Shown here in pieces: positions 1 to 10,100 of a stretch of 40,997 bases of DNA; within the stretch, counting starts at the first letter, position 1; each line of letters opens with the position of its first letter. This DNA comes from Chitinophagaceae bacterium (lineage in GTDB: Bacteria; Bacteroidota; Bacteroidia; Chitinophagales; Chitinophagaceae). The translations under genes and the position numbers were made by a program. The stretch covers positions 1-40,997 of the forward strand of contig JAYWEL010000138.1 in assembly GCA_043779285.1 (NCBI GenBank), in the 5' to 3' direction. A model generated the notes under the pieces. That model was not told the DNA's origin. It did not search any database and worked only from the letters and a program-made list of their open reading frames with translations.

Positions 1-198
1 CCAGGTATTGTAATGCATTTCGGAATAACACAAGGTTTCTCATCATTCTATGGTGGAACTTCTTTGCTGATTATGGTTGCAGTTATTTTAGATACATTAC
101 AACAAGTAGAAACTCAATTATTAATGCACCAGTATGATGGTTTAATGAAGTCAGGTCGAATTCAAGGTCGTCAGACTTTGAGCCAGACTGCTTCCTAA
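1..198 (+). CDS. secY: Preprotein translocase subunit SecY, C-terminal fragment (5' end lies outside the window)
   Basis: Frame-1 translation [57 protein letters not shown] matches the conserved last TM segment and C-terminus of SecY. Stop codon at 196-198. Confidence 0.9.
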   Translation, partial: PGIVMHFGITQGFSSFYGGTSLLIMVAVILDTLQQVETQLLMHQYDGLMKSGRIQGRQTLSQTAS

Positions 199-223
199 TA
201 ACTATTATTGTAAGATATTTGTA

Positions 224-259
224 AACCTGGTAAGTATCCATCTTACCAGGTTTTATTTT
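224..259 (+). terminator. Rho-independent terminator-like hairpin between secY and map
   Basis: Perfect 11-bp stem aacctggtaag (224-234) / cttaccaggtt (242-252) with a 7-nt loop, followed by ttttatttt. Confidence 0.7.
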
Positions 260-292
260 GTTAACTAATTTTCGAATTTTATTTTTATACGG

Positions 293-1093
293 ATGATCTA
301 TTATAAAACAAAAGCTGAGATAGAATTGATGCGGGAAAGTGCATTATTGGTAAGTAAATCATTAACCGAAATTGCAAAAAATTTAAAACCCGGCATTACT
401 ACACTTTCTTTAGATAAATTGATTGGAGAATTTATTCGGGATCATCAGGCTATTCCTTCTTTTTTAAATTATCATGGGTATCCGTTCAATTCCTGTATTT
501 CGGTAAATGATGTAGTCGTACATGGTTTCCCCAATAAAAATGAATTGAAAGAAGGCGATATAATTTCTGTAGATATTGGTGTAGTTAAAAATAATTTTCA
601 CGGCGATCATGCATATTGTTTTGCAATTGGTAATCCAGGAGCCGATATTTTGAAATTGATAAAAGTGACCAAGGAGGCTTTATATAAAGGAATTGAAAAA
701 GCGGTTGCTGGTAACAGGGTGGGAGATATTTCTTTTGCTATTCAGGAACATACCGAAAAGAAAAATGGATATGGTGTTGTACGGGAATTAGTAGGGCATG
801 GTTTAGGGAAAAGCTTGCATGAAGATCCGCAGGTGCCAAACTATGGACGAAAAGGTACAGGTACTAAAATGAAAGAAGGCTTGGTGCTTGCCATCGAACC
901 CATGATAAATATGGGAACAAAAGATGTATATACTGAAGAAGATGGATGGACTGTAAGAACCGCTGACAATAAGCCTTCGGTACATTTTGAACATGATGTT
1001 TGTGTGCAAAAAGGTAAAGCAGATATTCTTTCAGACTTCAGCATTATTGAGGCAGCTGAACGGGCAAACCCTCACTTGTATTCGGACTATTAG
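293..1093 (+). CDS. map: Type I methionine aminopeptidase
   Basis: ATG start. Full-length similarity to MAP-I, including metal-ligand blocks DIISVDIGV, GDHAYCF, VGHGLG, AIEPM and FEHDV. Confidence 0.95.
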   Translation: MIYYKTKAEIELMRESALLVSKSLTEIAKNLKPGITTLSLDKLIGEFIRDHQAIPSFLNYHGYPFNSCISVNDVVVHGFPNKNELKEGDIISVDIGVVKNNFHGDHAYCFAIGNPGADILKLIKVTKEALYKGIEKAVAGNRVGDISFAIQEHTEKKNGYGVVRELVGHGLGKSLHEDPQVPNYGRKGTGTKMKEGLVLAIEPMINMGTKDVYTEEDGWTVRTADNKPSVHFEHDVCVQKGKADILSDFSIIEAAERANPHLYSDY

Positions 1094-2273
1094 TGAACAA
1101 CATTTGCAGTTGATTTTTTTCTTCCAAAGTCAAACTGTAATAATTATAAATGGACGAAAAGTGCATCATCCAATACTTCCAAATGATTCCGGTGATGATG
1201 CTGATTGCAAAAATCAACCAAGAGTTATAACCGGTAAGCATATTTCCATACACAGCTATCAGCCAAAAATAAAACGGAGAAAGAAAAGTAAGTGTTGCAA
1301 ATAAAACCGAATCAAAAAATATCCCTTTTTCAAATATTTTTTTTACAAAAAAATGAAATAGTTTATAAAAAGGATAATTTATTGTAAATCCTATTACTGC
1401 CGGTATTAATAATAGAACAAAAAATAATTTATCTTTTAAAAGCTGTTGCTTGCTGAAAGGGAAATAGTCCTGTATCCATTTTCCTGAAAGGTTTTCATTG
1501 ATTGATCCTGCAACAGAAATTTGTGTTTTCAGTTGATTGATAGTTTCCAACGTTTTGCAATGATCAGGTTGAAATTGTTGTGCATTTGTTAGTAAGGATT
1601 TCCAAATCGTCATTTGGTTTTTATCGGGATGTGAAAAGACAAAACTTATTTTTCTCAATTCCGCACGTACTCTGAGTTTTAACCTATTATTCCATTCTCC
1701 GTATTTTTCAAATGATTCAGGACTGATATTGTTTATTGGGTCTCCGGCAAATAAAAAAACATGTTTCCCGGCATGGTTATATTGATTATAATTTATGCCG
1801 ATAGGAATGATTGTAAGCCTTTCCTTAAGTTCTTCATCTTGTAAAGCATCCCATATTAAACGGGCCGGTCCGCTTTTTATAGGCTTAATTTCCCAGTCAT
1901 GAATTGTTATGCCCTCTGCAAAAATCAGGATCTTTCCGTTTTTTTTCAGTATATCTATACATTGGGCAAAGCTGTTTTGATTTTCTCTTAACCTGGTTTT
2001 TTCTTCGGTGTGTCTGTAAACCGGAATACCATTCAGGCCTTTTAATATCCATTTTAAGAAAAAATTTTTAAACATATCGCTGCGGACCAGAAAATGAAAA
2101 GGCCTGGAATACGCATTACCAATGATGATGGCATCCAAAAATGAATTTGGATGATTAGCCAATAAAAGTGTAGGTCCTCCCTGGTTAATAAAAGCTTTGC
2201 CGCAGACATTTATTTCCCTATATAAAAGGAAAAAAGAAATCCGGCTGATAAATTTTATAACGGAATAAAACAA
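1044..2273 (-). CDS. PlsC-family (lysophospholipid/1-acyl-glycerol-3-phosphate type) acyltransferase with a C-terminal multi-TM membrane domain
   Basis: HX4D acyltransferase motif NHPNSFLD and the IFAEGIT block sit in the N-terminal half. The C-terminal ~130 aa contain several hydrophobic segments. The track start is TTG, so the start is uncertain. The 3' end overlaps map by 50 nt (convergent). Confidence 0.7.
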   Translation of the reverse strand: MFYSVIKFISRISFFLLYREINVCGKAFINQGGPTLLLANHPNSFLDAIIIGNAYSRPFHFLVRSDMFKNFFLKWILKGLNGIPVYRHTEEKTRLRENQNSFAQCIDILKKNGKILIFAEGITIHDWEIKPIKSGPARLIWDALQDEELKERLTIIPIGINYNQYNHAGKHVFLFAGDPINNISPESFEKYGEWNNRLKLRVRAELRKISFVFSHPDKNQMTIWKSLLTNAQQFQPDHCKTLETINQLKTQISVAGSINENLSGKWIQDYFPFSKQQLLKDKLFFVLLLIPAVIGFTINYPFYKLFHFFVKKIFEKGIFFDSVLFATLTFLSPFYFWLIAVYGNMLTGYNSWLIFAISIITGIIWKYWMMHFSSIYNYYSLTLEEKNQLQMLFTNSPNTSEGLPVQLPQ

Positions 2274-2363
2274 ATGCTATTAGTTTTGAATGCAGAAATA
2301 TACTTGTGAAGAAAAATTTTAAAGTTTGAAAGGTTCACAATTAAAATTAAAATTAAAATCAGA

Positions 2364-3644
2364 TTGAAAGATAAAATTAATTCGAACACTAAAGCGGTTA
2401 AGAAAAAATTGATTGTGATAGGTGGCGGGGCTGCCGGTTTTTTCTGTGCTATCAATGCGGCTACTCTTCATCCCCATATGAACATTGTGATACTGGAGAA
2501 GTCTTCCAAGCTTTTAGCAAAGGTTCGAATTTCAGGTGGTGGTCGATGTAATGTTACACATGCATGTTTCAGCATTGATGAAATGATGAAAAAATATCCA
2601 CGTGGTGGGCAGTTTGTGCGAAAAGCATTTCACCAATTTTTTACTACCGATACCATTAAATGGTTCGAGGATCGGGGAGTAAAAATTAAAAAGGAACCAG
2701 ATGGTAGAATGTTCCCTGTTTCTGATTCATCGCAAAGCATTATTGACACATTGATGAAAGAAGTCAATCAGCATTCTATCGAAATAATGATGAATGCAGA
2801 AGTAAAAAGTTTTTCTAAAAAAGAAGATAGGTTTTTATTAAAAATTTCAGGCGAAAGGGAAATGGAAACTGAATATTTATGTATTGCCAGTGGTGGTTAT
2901 CCGAAAGCACAGATGTTTGACTGGTTGAGTGAATCGGGGCATAGTTTTGAAGAGCCGGTACCTTCTTTGTTTACGTTTAATATGCCCGGAAATGAAATTG
3001 TAAAATTGATGGGTGTCAGTGTTCCGGATGTGCAGGTAAAAATAAACGGTACTAAATTGATGGAACGGGGACCCGTTTTAATTACACATTGGGGAATGAG
3101 CGGACCGGCAATTATTCGATTAAGTGCATGGGGTGCAAGAGACCTGGCAAAATGCAATTGGCATTTTACATCTTTGGTAAATTGGTTACCCGATTTTTCT
3201 GAAAATTCACTACGTGAAAAATTTCAGCAATATCGGTTTTCATTAGCTACGCAAAAAATTGTCAATAAAAATCCTTTCGGATTGCCTCAACGACTTTGGG
3301 AATATTTTATCGATGAAGCAGGAATAAAATCAGATATACAATGGGCCAACCTACCAGCTAAAAATCAAAATCTTTTGATAAAACAGTTGGTTTCCGGAGA
3401 ATTTCAGGTTAAAGGGAAAACTACTTTTAAAGAAGAATTTGTAACTGCCGGTGGTGTAAAATTGGTGGAAGTAGACCCAAATACTATGATGAGCAAAAAA
3501 ATAGAAAACCTTTATTTTGCCGGTGAGGTTTTGAATGTAGATGGTATTACCGGAGGGTTTAATTTTCAGCATGCCTGGACTAGTGGATTCATTGCCGCAA
3601 AAAGCATTGCACAAAAAGCAACAGAAGTTTCCGAAATGCTTTAA
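2364..3644 (+). CDS. HI0933/YhiN (BaiN-like) family FAD-dependent flavoprotein
   Basis: Dinucleotide-binding VIGGGAAGFFCA, the family signature ISGGGRCNVTH, and C-terminal YFAGEVLNVDGITGGFNFQ. The track start is TTG and the real start may be a few codons downstream. Confidence 0.85.
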   Translation: MKDKINSNTKAVKKKLIVIGGGAAGFFCAINAATLHPHMNIVILEKSSKLLAKVRISGGGRCNVTHACFSIDEMMKKYPRGGQFVRKAFHQFFTTDTIKWFEDRGVKIKKEPDGRMFPVSDSSQSIIDTLMKEVNQHSIEIMMNAEVKSFSKKEDRFLLKISGEREMETEYLCIASGGYPKAQMFDWLSESGHSFEEPVPSLFTFNMPGNEIVKLMGVSVPDVQVKINGTKLMERGPVLITHWGMSGPAIIRLSAWGARDLAKCNWHFTSLVNWLPDFSENSLREKFQQYRFSLATQKIVNKNPFGLPQRLWEYFIDEAGIKSDIQWANLPAKNQNLLIKQLVSGEFQVKGKTTFKEEFVTAGGVKLVEVDPNTMMSKKIENLYFAGEVLNVDGITGGFNFQHAWTSGFIAAKSIAQKATEVSEML

Positions 3645-3700
3645 AATCAAGTAATACCGCTAATAAACAGTAAATAGTCCAATGCGCTTTTCTGCGGTAT

Positions 3701-3759
3701 AATACCATCTAAGATTTACACATAGTCCGTTGGACTATTTAGTAAATCAAGATGGTATT
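3701..3759. repeat. 59-nt near-perfect long hairpin (interrupted inverted repeat) between convergent genes
   Basis: Three stacked helices: 3701-3709/3751-3759 (9 bp), 3713-3719/3742-3748 (7 bp) and 3722-3728/3732-3738 (7 bp, loop gtt). Upstream sequence 3645-3700 carries partial copies of both arms. Confidence 0.6.
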
Positions 3760-3837
3760 ACTATTGATTTAAGAATTTATCTTTCGGCTTATTTAATGGA
3801 TTCAGAAAGCGGCACTTCAACATACGACTGTTTATTC

Positions 3838-6195
3838 TTAATCAATAATTTTTTTAAAATGTGCCAATTTCCCGTCTTTAGTAATTCCTTCAATGATTAT
3901 CCGGTAACTTTTTGACACATCATTATTATAAAAGGATATTATTTTTTTTGAATTTCCTGGCTCGGTCAGAATCATGGGTTCCCACAACAGTGTTGTCCGC
4001 AGATCATTTAGTCCCTCTTTTTGCTCTGCCATACTATAATCAGGTGAATAAAAATCTCGAATTTCTGTATAGCCGGATATTTTTTTATGACCCATACCCT
4101 TACCTTGTACATAAGGTGCATCCACATCATCCCGCAAATAAATGGCAATTGCACCCCGGTCCCTAGCAAATGAATTTCCCCAGAAAGGGGCCGGAAATAT
4201 TTTTATATACGCCACATCACTAACAAGCAAATTTTCAAACATCAAACCATCGGTTTCCATTTCATTGACATAATAAACAGGTGAATTTAATCTAGATGAG
4301 AATACCCGCTGACGCAAATAACTTTGTAAATTTTGATATTTATAAATTGGAGGATCATTTTTTAAATCAATACTCATTTCACTGTAGCCTTTAAATAAGC
4401 CATTGGTAAATTTTTCTTCTAAGATCTCAATGGGAGATTTAATTTTTGAACGGATTGTAACAGTCTCCAAAATTTTTCCCTTGTAAGATTCATAAGCTTG
4501 CCAATTATTAAATGCCGTTTTGTATTTCATTGCGAATGAATCTGAAAAAAACGGGTTATAATAGTTTGGTTTTTTTTTCTTGTCATTCACCATTGCCTGC
4601 ATCCGTTCTTTCATAAAATCAATATCAGCAAATTTATAAACACTGGATTTCCCAAATTGATAAAAAACATCCATGGTATTAAAAAATACAAATCCCGTGT
4701 CTTTGAAACTACCTTGCTGATCGATTGCTGCATAAACTATGACAGAGCTAGAATCGCTTTGCCTAACCAGCATGATCAGATTTTCAGGCGTGGATTTACT
4801 TTTACGAACTTCATTTACCGAGCCAGATAAAACCAGGTATTCAATATCTTTCTGTTGTTTATTATTAATTGACATATTTTTCTTTCTCAAATCATACCAA
4901 TTAATCCGACGCCAACCATTGGTCAGCATAACAAGATCTAGATGTTGCTTTACAGAGTCACTGGCATTCGAAAAATAATAAGCGGGGTTATAAACAGTGC
5001 CTCGAATATCCGATGTCATTAAAAGAGAAGAAAAAATGTTTTCGCTACTGTCTGTACCAAAAGAAGCGTCTGTAATTGCCATGGAAAGGTTTGCCACAAT
5101 ACTATCGGGAACTTCAACTTGAATTTCATTGAATGTTCTTTTCGTTAACCCACGATGAGTAATATTCACCATTGTGTTAAAAAAATAATCCCGGTTATCT
5201 ATAAACATAATCCGTTCAGAAACCGGGTTGGATTCTTTATCAAAAACAGTAATTGTCAATATACCATTGGGTAATTGAGAAACCGGCATATTTTTGATTA
5301 CTGAAGTAGTCTCTCTCAAATTAAAATCAGTTTTAAAAACCATTTGTTGTTGCATGGTGCCTATAACAAATCCTTCCTTTAAATTATCATCTAAATACTC
5401 ATTTCTTGTTAATACAAAATATACCTTACCCATTTTAGTTTCTGCAAAAATGTTGATGCCAGCCTGGTTTGAAGTTGGTAAAACGGTACTGTGTTTCTCA
5501 CCGGTATCGTCTACCCATTTTGCAATATATTTTACACCTGAATCGGGGATAAAATAAAAATAGCCCATCCCGTCATGTTGTGATTCAAAATTTCCAGCCG
5601 GGCTTCCCTTTTCGGTTTGCAATTCCGCTTTAAATTTTATTGGCCTCCCCCATTGGTCATTTGCCTTAAATGCAATTTTATTTTTGATTCCCACAATCGC
5701 ATCACCACCCTCGGGAAAAAACCGAATGCTTGGAATTGGCTTTTGTATTTTTGCTGTAGAAGTTTGAATAGAAATAATCCGGATATCTTTATTATACAAA
5801 AAAGCGGTATCAAAATTCAACATCCACCGGGTATAACCTCTTACATGAATATTATTTCCTTTGTAGTCGAGAGGTATATCGAACTGGCCAGCGGCCGAAG
5901 AATTATAAACAGGGCTAACACTGTGAAAAAGTACATTTCCTTTATCATCGAGCCAATCCAGGTAAAATGTTTTGGTGATTTCTGCCGGAAAATCGCCCTG
6001 CAAGATATAGGCTTTAAACCAAATGGTTTCTCCTGCTGTATAAGCCGATTTATCGTAATGGAGATACGCTTTTTCGGCTTCCTGCTTTTCTCCATATTCT
6101 TTTAAATTTGTTACAATGGTTTGTGCTTTCAATTTGCATAAGTCCAGTATCAAAAAAAATATAATGCAAAAGAAAAATCGCATAGTCATTAACAT
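3838..6195 (-). CDS. Large secreted hypothetical protein with an MG2 (macroglobulin-like) N-terminal domain
   Basis: Signal peptide MRFFFCIIFFLILDLCKLKAQ. YLHYDKSAYTAGETIWFKAYIL resembles the start of MG2 domains. The remaining ~650 aa have no motif I recognise. Alternative ATG starts lie at 6189 and 6183. Confidence 0.5.
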   Translation of the reverse strand: MLMTMRFFFCIIFFLILDLCKLKAQTIVTNLKEYGEKQEAEKAYLHYDKSAYTAGETIWFKAYILQGDFPAEITKTFYLDWLDDKGNVLFHSVSPVYNSSAAGQFDIPLDYKGNNIHVRGYTRWMLNFDTAFLYNKDIRIISIQTSTAKIQKPIPSIRFFPEGGDAIVGIKNKIAFKANDQWGRPIKFKAELQTEKGSPAGNFESQHDGMGYFYFIPDSGVKYIAKWVDDTGEKHSTVLPTSNQAGINIFAETKMGKVYFVLTRNEYLDDNLKEGFVIGTMQQQMVFKTDFNLRETTSVIKNMPVSQLPNGILTITVFDKESNPVSERIMFIDNRDYFFNTMVNITHRGLTKRTFNEIQVEVPDSIVANLSMAITDASFGTDSSENIFSSLLMTSDIRGTVYNPAYYFSNASDSVKQHLDLVMLTNGWRRINWYDLRKKNMSINNKQQKDIEYLVLSGSVNEVRKSKSTPENLIMLVRQSDSSSVIVYAAIDQQGSFKDTGFVFFNTMDVFYQFGKSSVYKFADIDFMKERMQAMVNDKKKKPNYYNPFFSDSFAMKYKTAFNNWQAYESYKGKILETVTIRSKIKSPIEILEEKFTNGLFKGYSEMSIDLKNDPPIYKYQNLQSYLRQRVFSSRLNSPVYYVNEMETDGLMFENLLVSDVAYIKIFPAPFWGNSFARDRGAIAIYLRDDVDAPYVQGKGMGHKKISGYTEIRDFYSPDYSMAEQKEGLNDLRTTLLWEPMILTEPGNSKKIISFYNNDVSKSYRIIIEGITKDGKLAHFKKIID

Positions 6196-6336
6196 AAAAC
6201 AAATATTTGTTTCAAGTTACCGTGTATTATATATTGATTTTGTTAAATATTTACTAACCCAAGCTTAAGGTTAGCCGTAATTTCAATTTTGACTTTTCTG
6301 TAACACTTGTATTTGTCGGCAACTCGTTCAGGAAAT

Positions 6337-7095
6337 TTAATTGGCTGCTTCAATGTCTGCCCAGTTTTCACCACGTTTAATTCGATATATCTGCGTGTCG
6401 GTTACTTTAAATTGTTTGACAAGCTGTTTCATGGGTTTACCCAGGTTAATCATTTTTTTTAACAACATTACTTTGGTAACAGTCAACTTGGTGGCCCTTG
6501 AAATTTCTTTTCGCCTGAGCCGCCTCTCCTGCTTTTCTTTAATTACATACGGACTGTTTTGTTGATGTGCATAATTTTCTTCTGCGGTCATCCATTTTAA
6601 ATTACCGGCCCTGTTGTTCAGTTTTTCAAAGTCTAGATGAGCAACAATAGTTTGATTGACCCTTGGCTTTGTAAGAAAATAATCAGCTACAAGCCGGTGA
6701 ATAAGCGAATGATAATTGATGGTTCTTTCTTTCAGGTTTTTTTGAAATTTTTTGCTTAAACTTTTTTTTAACGAGGTCAGTAAATCTGTCGTTTCTGAAA
6801 TTGTTTTTTTACTTTCTTTGTTTTCTTTTAATGCTTTTAAACTTCGTGCCAATTTAAAAACCTGTTGTTGTAAATAGTCAAGCCGTTTTTGGGTTTTCTC
6901 TTCTCTGGGTTTATAAAGTTTAAGCCGGATAATACGGTAACCATTAATCATAGAACCGTTTATAATATTACCGTCCGAAACTTTGTTGAAAGTCCTTATT
7001 CGTCCAAAGTTTGAAACCTCAATACGGCAGTCATTTGTAAACTCAAAGTCAAACTCAATGGCTTTCCAGTTCTCTCCAAAGTGGTTTTGTTTCAT
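6337..7095 (-). CDS. NUMOD4 + HNH(-N) homing-endonuclease-like protein with a C-terminal helix-turn-helix
   Basis: N-terminus ENWKAIEFDFEF..IEVSNFGRIRT is a NUMOD4-like motif. HRLVADYF...VAHLDFEKLNNRAGNLKWMTAEEN is an HNH_3-type motif. The C-terminus KQLVKQFKVTDTQIYRIKRGENW is HTH-like. The ATG at 7095 is preferred over the track's TTG at 7107. Confidence 0.75.
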   Translation of the reverse strand: MKQNHFGENWKAIEFDFEFTNDCRIEVSNFGRIRTFNKVSDGNIINGSMINGYRIIRLKLYKPREEKTQKRLDYLQQQVFKLARSLKALKENKESKKTISETTDLLTSLKKSLSKKFQKNLKERTINYHSLIHRLVADYFLTKPRVNQTIVAHLDFEKLNNRAGNLKWMTAEENYAHQQNSPYVIKEKQERRLRRKEISRATKLTVTKVMLLKKMINLGKPMKQLVKQFKVTDTQIYRIKRGENWADIEAAN

Positions 7096-7184
7096 GTGTC
7101 TTGTCAAAATATTGAATGGTTATAATACTGATGCAAGATTGTCACGGGTATATTCATTATTTCTTTATCCCTTTATTAACTTCA

Positions 7185-10100
7185 TTACATATTTCGCCGG
7201 TATTGCCCGCCTACTTCATACAAGGCATTGGTAATTTGCCCCAGGCTGCAATACTTTACGGTTTCCATTAATTCTTCAAAAAGATTTCCTTTACTGATGG
7301 CAACTTTCTGCAAATTCTTTAACGCATCTGCAGACTTGTCTTCATGTATTTTCCGGAACTGATGTAGATTATAGATCTGCTGTTCTTTTTCTTCTGTTGT
7401 ACTTCTGATGACTTCTCCTGGTAAAATTGTAGGGCTGCCCTCTTTATTTAAAAACGTATTGACACCAACAATCGGTAATTCACCTGAGTGTTTCTGATGT
7501 TCGTAATACAGACTTTCTTCCTGAATTTTATTGCGTTGATACATTCGTTCCATAGCACCCAATACGCCGCCTCTTTCAGTAATTCGATTGAATTCGGCCA
7601 TCACGGCTTCTTCAACTAGGTCGGTCAATTCTTCAATCAAAAAACTTCCCTGATTCGGGTTTTCATTTTTTGCAGTACCCAGTTCCCGATTAATAATTAA
7701 TTGAATCGCCATGGCTCTTCTCACACTTTCTTCGGTTGGAGTGGTAATGGCCTCATCGTATGCATTGGTGTGTAAGCTGTTGCAATTATCATAGATGGCA
7801 TACAATGCCTGCAGACTTGTACGTATATCGTTGAAATCAATTTCTTGTGCATGCAAACTTCTGCCCGATGTTTGGATATGATACTTCAACATCTGACTAC
7901 GTTTGTTGGCTTTGTATTTATACTTCATCGATTTTGCCCAGATGCGGCGGGCCACACGGCCAATGACACTGTATTCCACATCCATTCCATTACTGAAAAA
8001 GAAACTCAGGTTTGGCGCAAAATCATCAATGTTCATTCCCCGGCTCAAATAATATTCTACAAACGTAAAACCGTTTGACAAGGTAAATGCCAACTGTGTT
8101 ATTGGATTGGCTCCAGCCTCTGCAATATGATAACCGCTGATGGATACACTGTAAAAATTCCGGATGCTTTTATTGATGAAATATTCCTGCACATCACCCA
8201 TCAGTTTCAAAGCAAACTCGGTACTGAAGATGCAGGTATTCTGTGCCTGGTCTTCTTTTAATATATCGGCTTGTACCGTACCACGAACCTGTTGCATGGT
8301 TTTTGTTTTTATTTCTTCATACACTTCTTTGGGCAATACTTTATCGCCGCTTACACCCAATAATTTCAAACCCAGTCCGTCATTTCCTTCCGGTAAAAGA
8401 TCCTTGCCATCAGAAGTATTGAAATATTTTGGTTGCGGTAATTTGTTAAATATTTCTCTGATCTTTTTTTCTGCATCCGGCCATTGATTATTTTCTGTCA
8501 GCCATTTTTCGCATTGCTGATCGATGGCAGCATTCATAAAAAAAGCCAGTATCATGGGTGCCGGGCCATTGATGGTCATACTCACCGATGTCATAGGGCT
8601 CGACAAATCGAAACCGCTATATAATTTTTTTGCATCATCCACTGTGGCAATACTCACCCCACTGTTTCCAACTTTACCATATATGTCGGGCCTCTTCGCC
8701 GGGTCCTCACCATATAATGTAACCGAATCGAAGGCTGTAGATAAACGCTTGGCTGGTTGCCCGAATGAAACATAATGAAAACGTTTATTGGTTCGTTCCG
8801 GTCCGCCTTCACCGGCAAACATTCTTGTCGGGTCTTCACCTTCCCGTTTCAATGGAAATACGCCGGCGGTAAATGGAAAATGCCCCGGTGCATTTTCTTG
8901 TGCTTGCCACTTTAAAATATCACCCCAATCTTTGTATTTAGGCAAAACGACTTTTGCAATTCGTGTACCCGAAAGGCTGGTAGAAATCATGGGTTGCTTA
9001 AGCACCTTATCTCGTACTTTATATTCATAAAAATCTTCCTGGTAAGCTTTTATTTTTGACGGCCAATTAGTGATAAGTTTTCTGCTAATCGGTGTAAGCT
9101 GTTCTTCATAAAAAGTATACAAGTCCAGTAAACCTTTTTCTATATCCGGACTACCGTTTCCGTTAGAAACATTTCGGATTATTTCTAACGAACCCTGTAA
9201 TTGATAAAGCTTGGTTGCAATGGCAGACTGATCTTTTACCAGTTGATCATATTCTTTTATTGTCTCGGCAATTTCGCTCAGGTAACGAACCCGTGAAGAA
9301 GGAATTATCGCTTCGCTGCCAAAGCCACGTATAGAATCAAGGCTTTCATTCGATCTTTCTCCAAAAATGACGGTCGTTTTCTTTTCAACGGATTCCATCA
9401 ACATATTGAAAAGTTTATTCACCCCACCATCATTGAATTGTGCAGCTATAGTGCCTACTACCGGAAGTTCTTCATCTTTTGCTTGAAATAAAACATGATT
9501 TCGTTTGTATTGTTTCCGTACATCTGCCAGGGCATCCAATGCACCGGCCTTATCAAATTTATTAATAGCAATCACATCGGCATAATCCAACATATTGATT
9601 TTTTCCAGTTGTGATGCTGCACCATATTCCGGTGTCATTACATATAAACTCACATCACAAAAATCGAGAATCGATGCATCACTTTGTCCCACACCTGCAC
9701 TTTCCAGAATGATAAAATCGAAAGATGCCGCTTTGCAAATATCAATGGCATCTTTTACATACGCACTCAATGCCTTATCGCTTTCGCGGGTAGCTAGCGA
9801 ACGCATGTATGCCCGGGGATTGTGAATAGAATTCATCCGGATACGATCGCCCAGTAATGCACCACCCGTTTTTTTCTTGGATGGATCGACAGAGATTACG
9901 GCAATCGTTTTTTCTGTAAACGCATTTAAAAACCGACGTACAATTTCATCAGTGACAGATGATTTACCTGCACCTCCGGTTCCTGTAATTCCCAAAACCG
10001 GTATTAAATGGCCCTTCTGTCGGTTTTCTGAAAGTCTTAGAATTTCTGATATCAATTTGGAATTATCCTCACCGTTTTCTGCCAGTGTTATAGCTCTCGC

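Noticed and set aside
6254-6274. A hairpin ctaacc-ttaagcttg-ggttag downstream of the HNH gene, considered as its terminator.
   Set aside because: The stem is only 6 bp and no U-run follows on the - strand. This is too weak to call as a feature.
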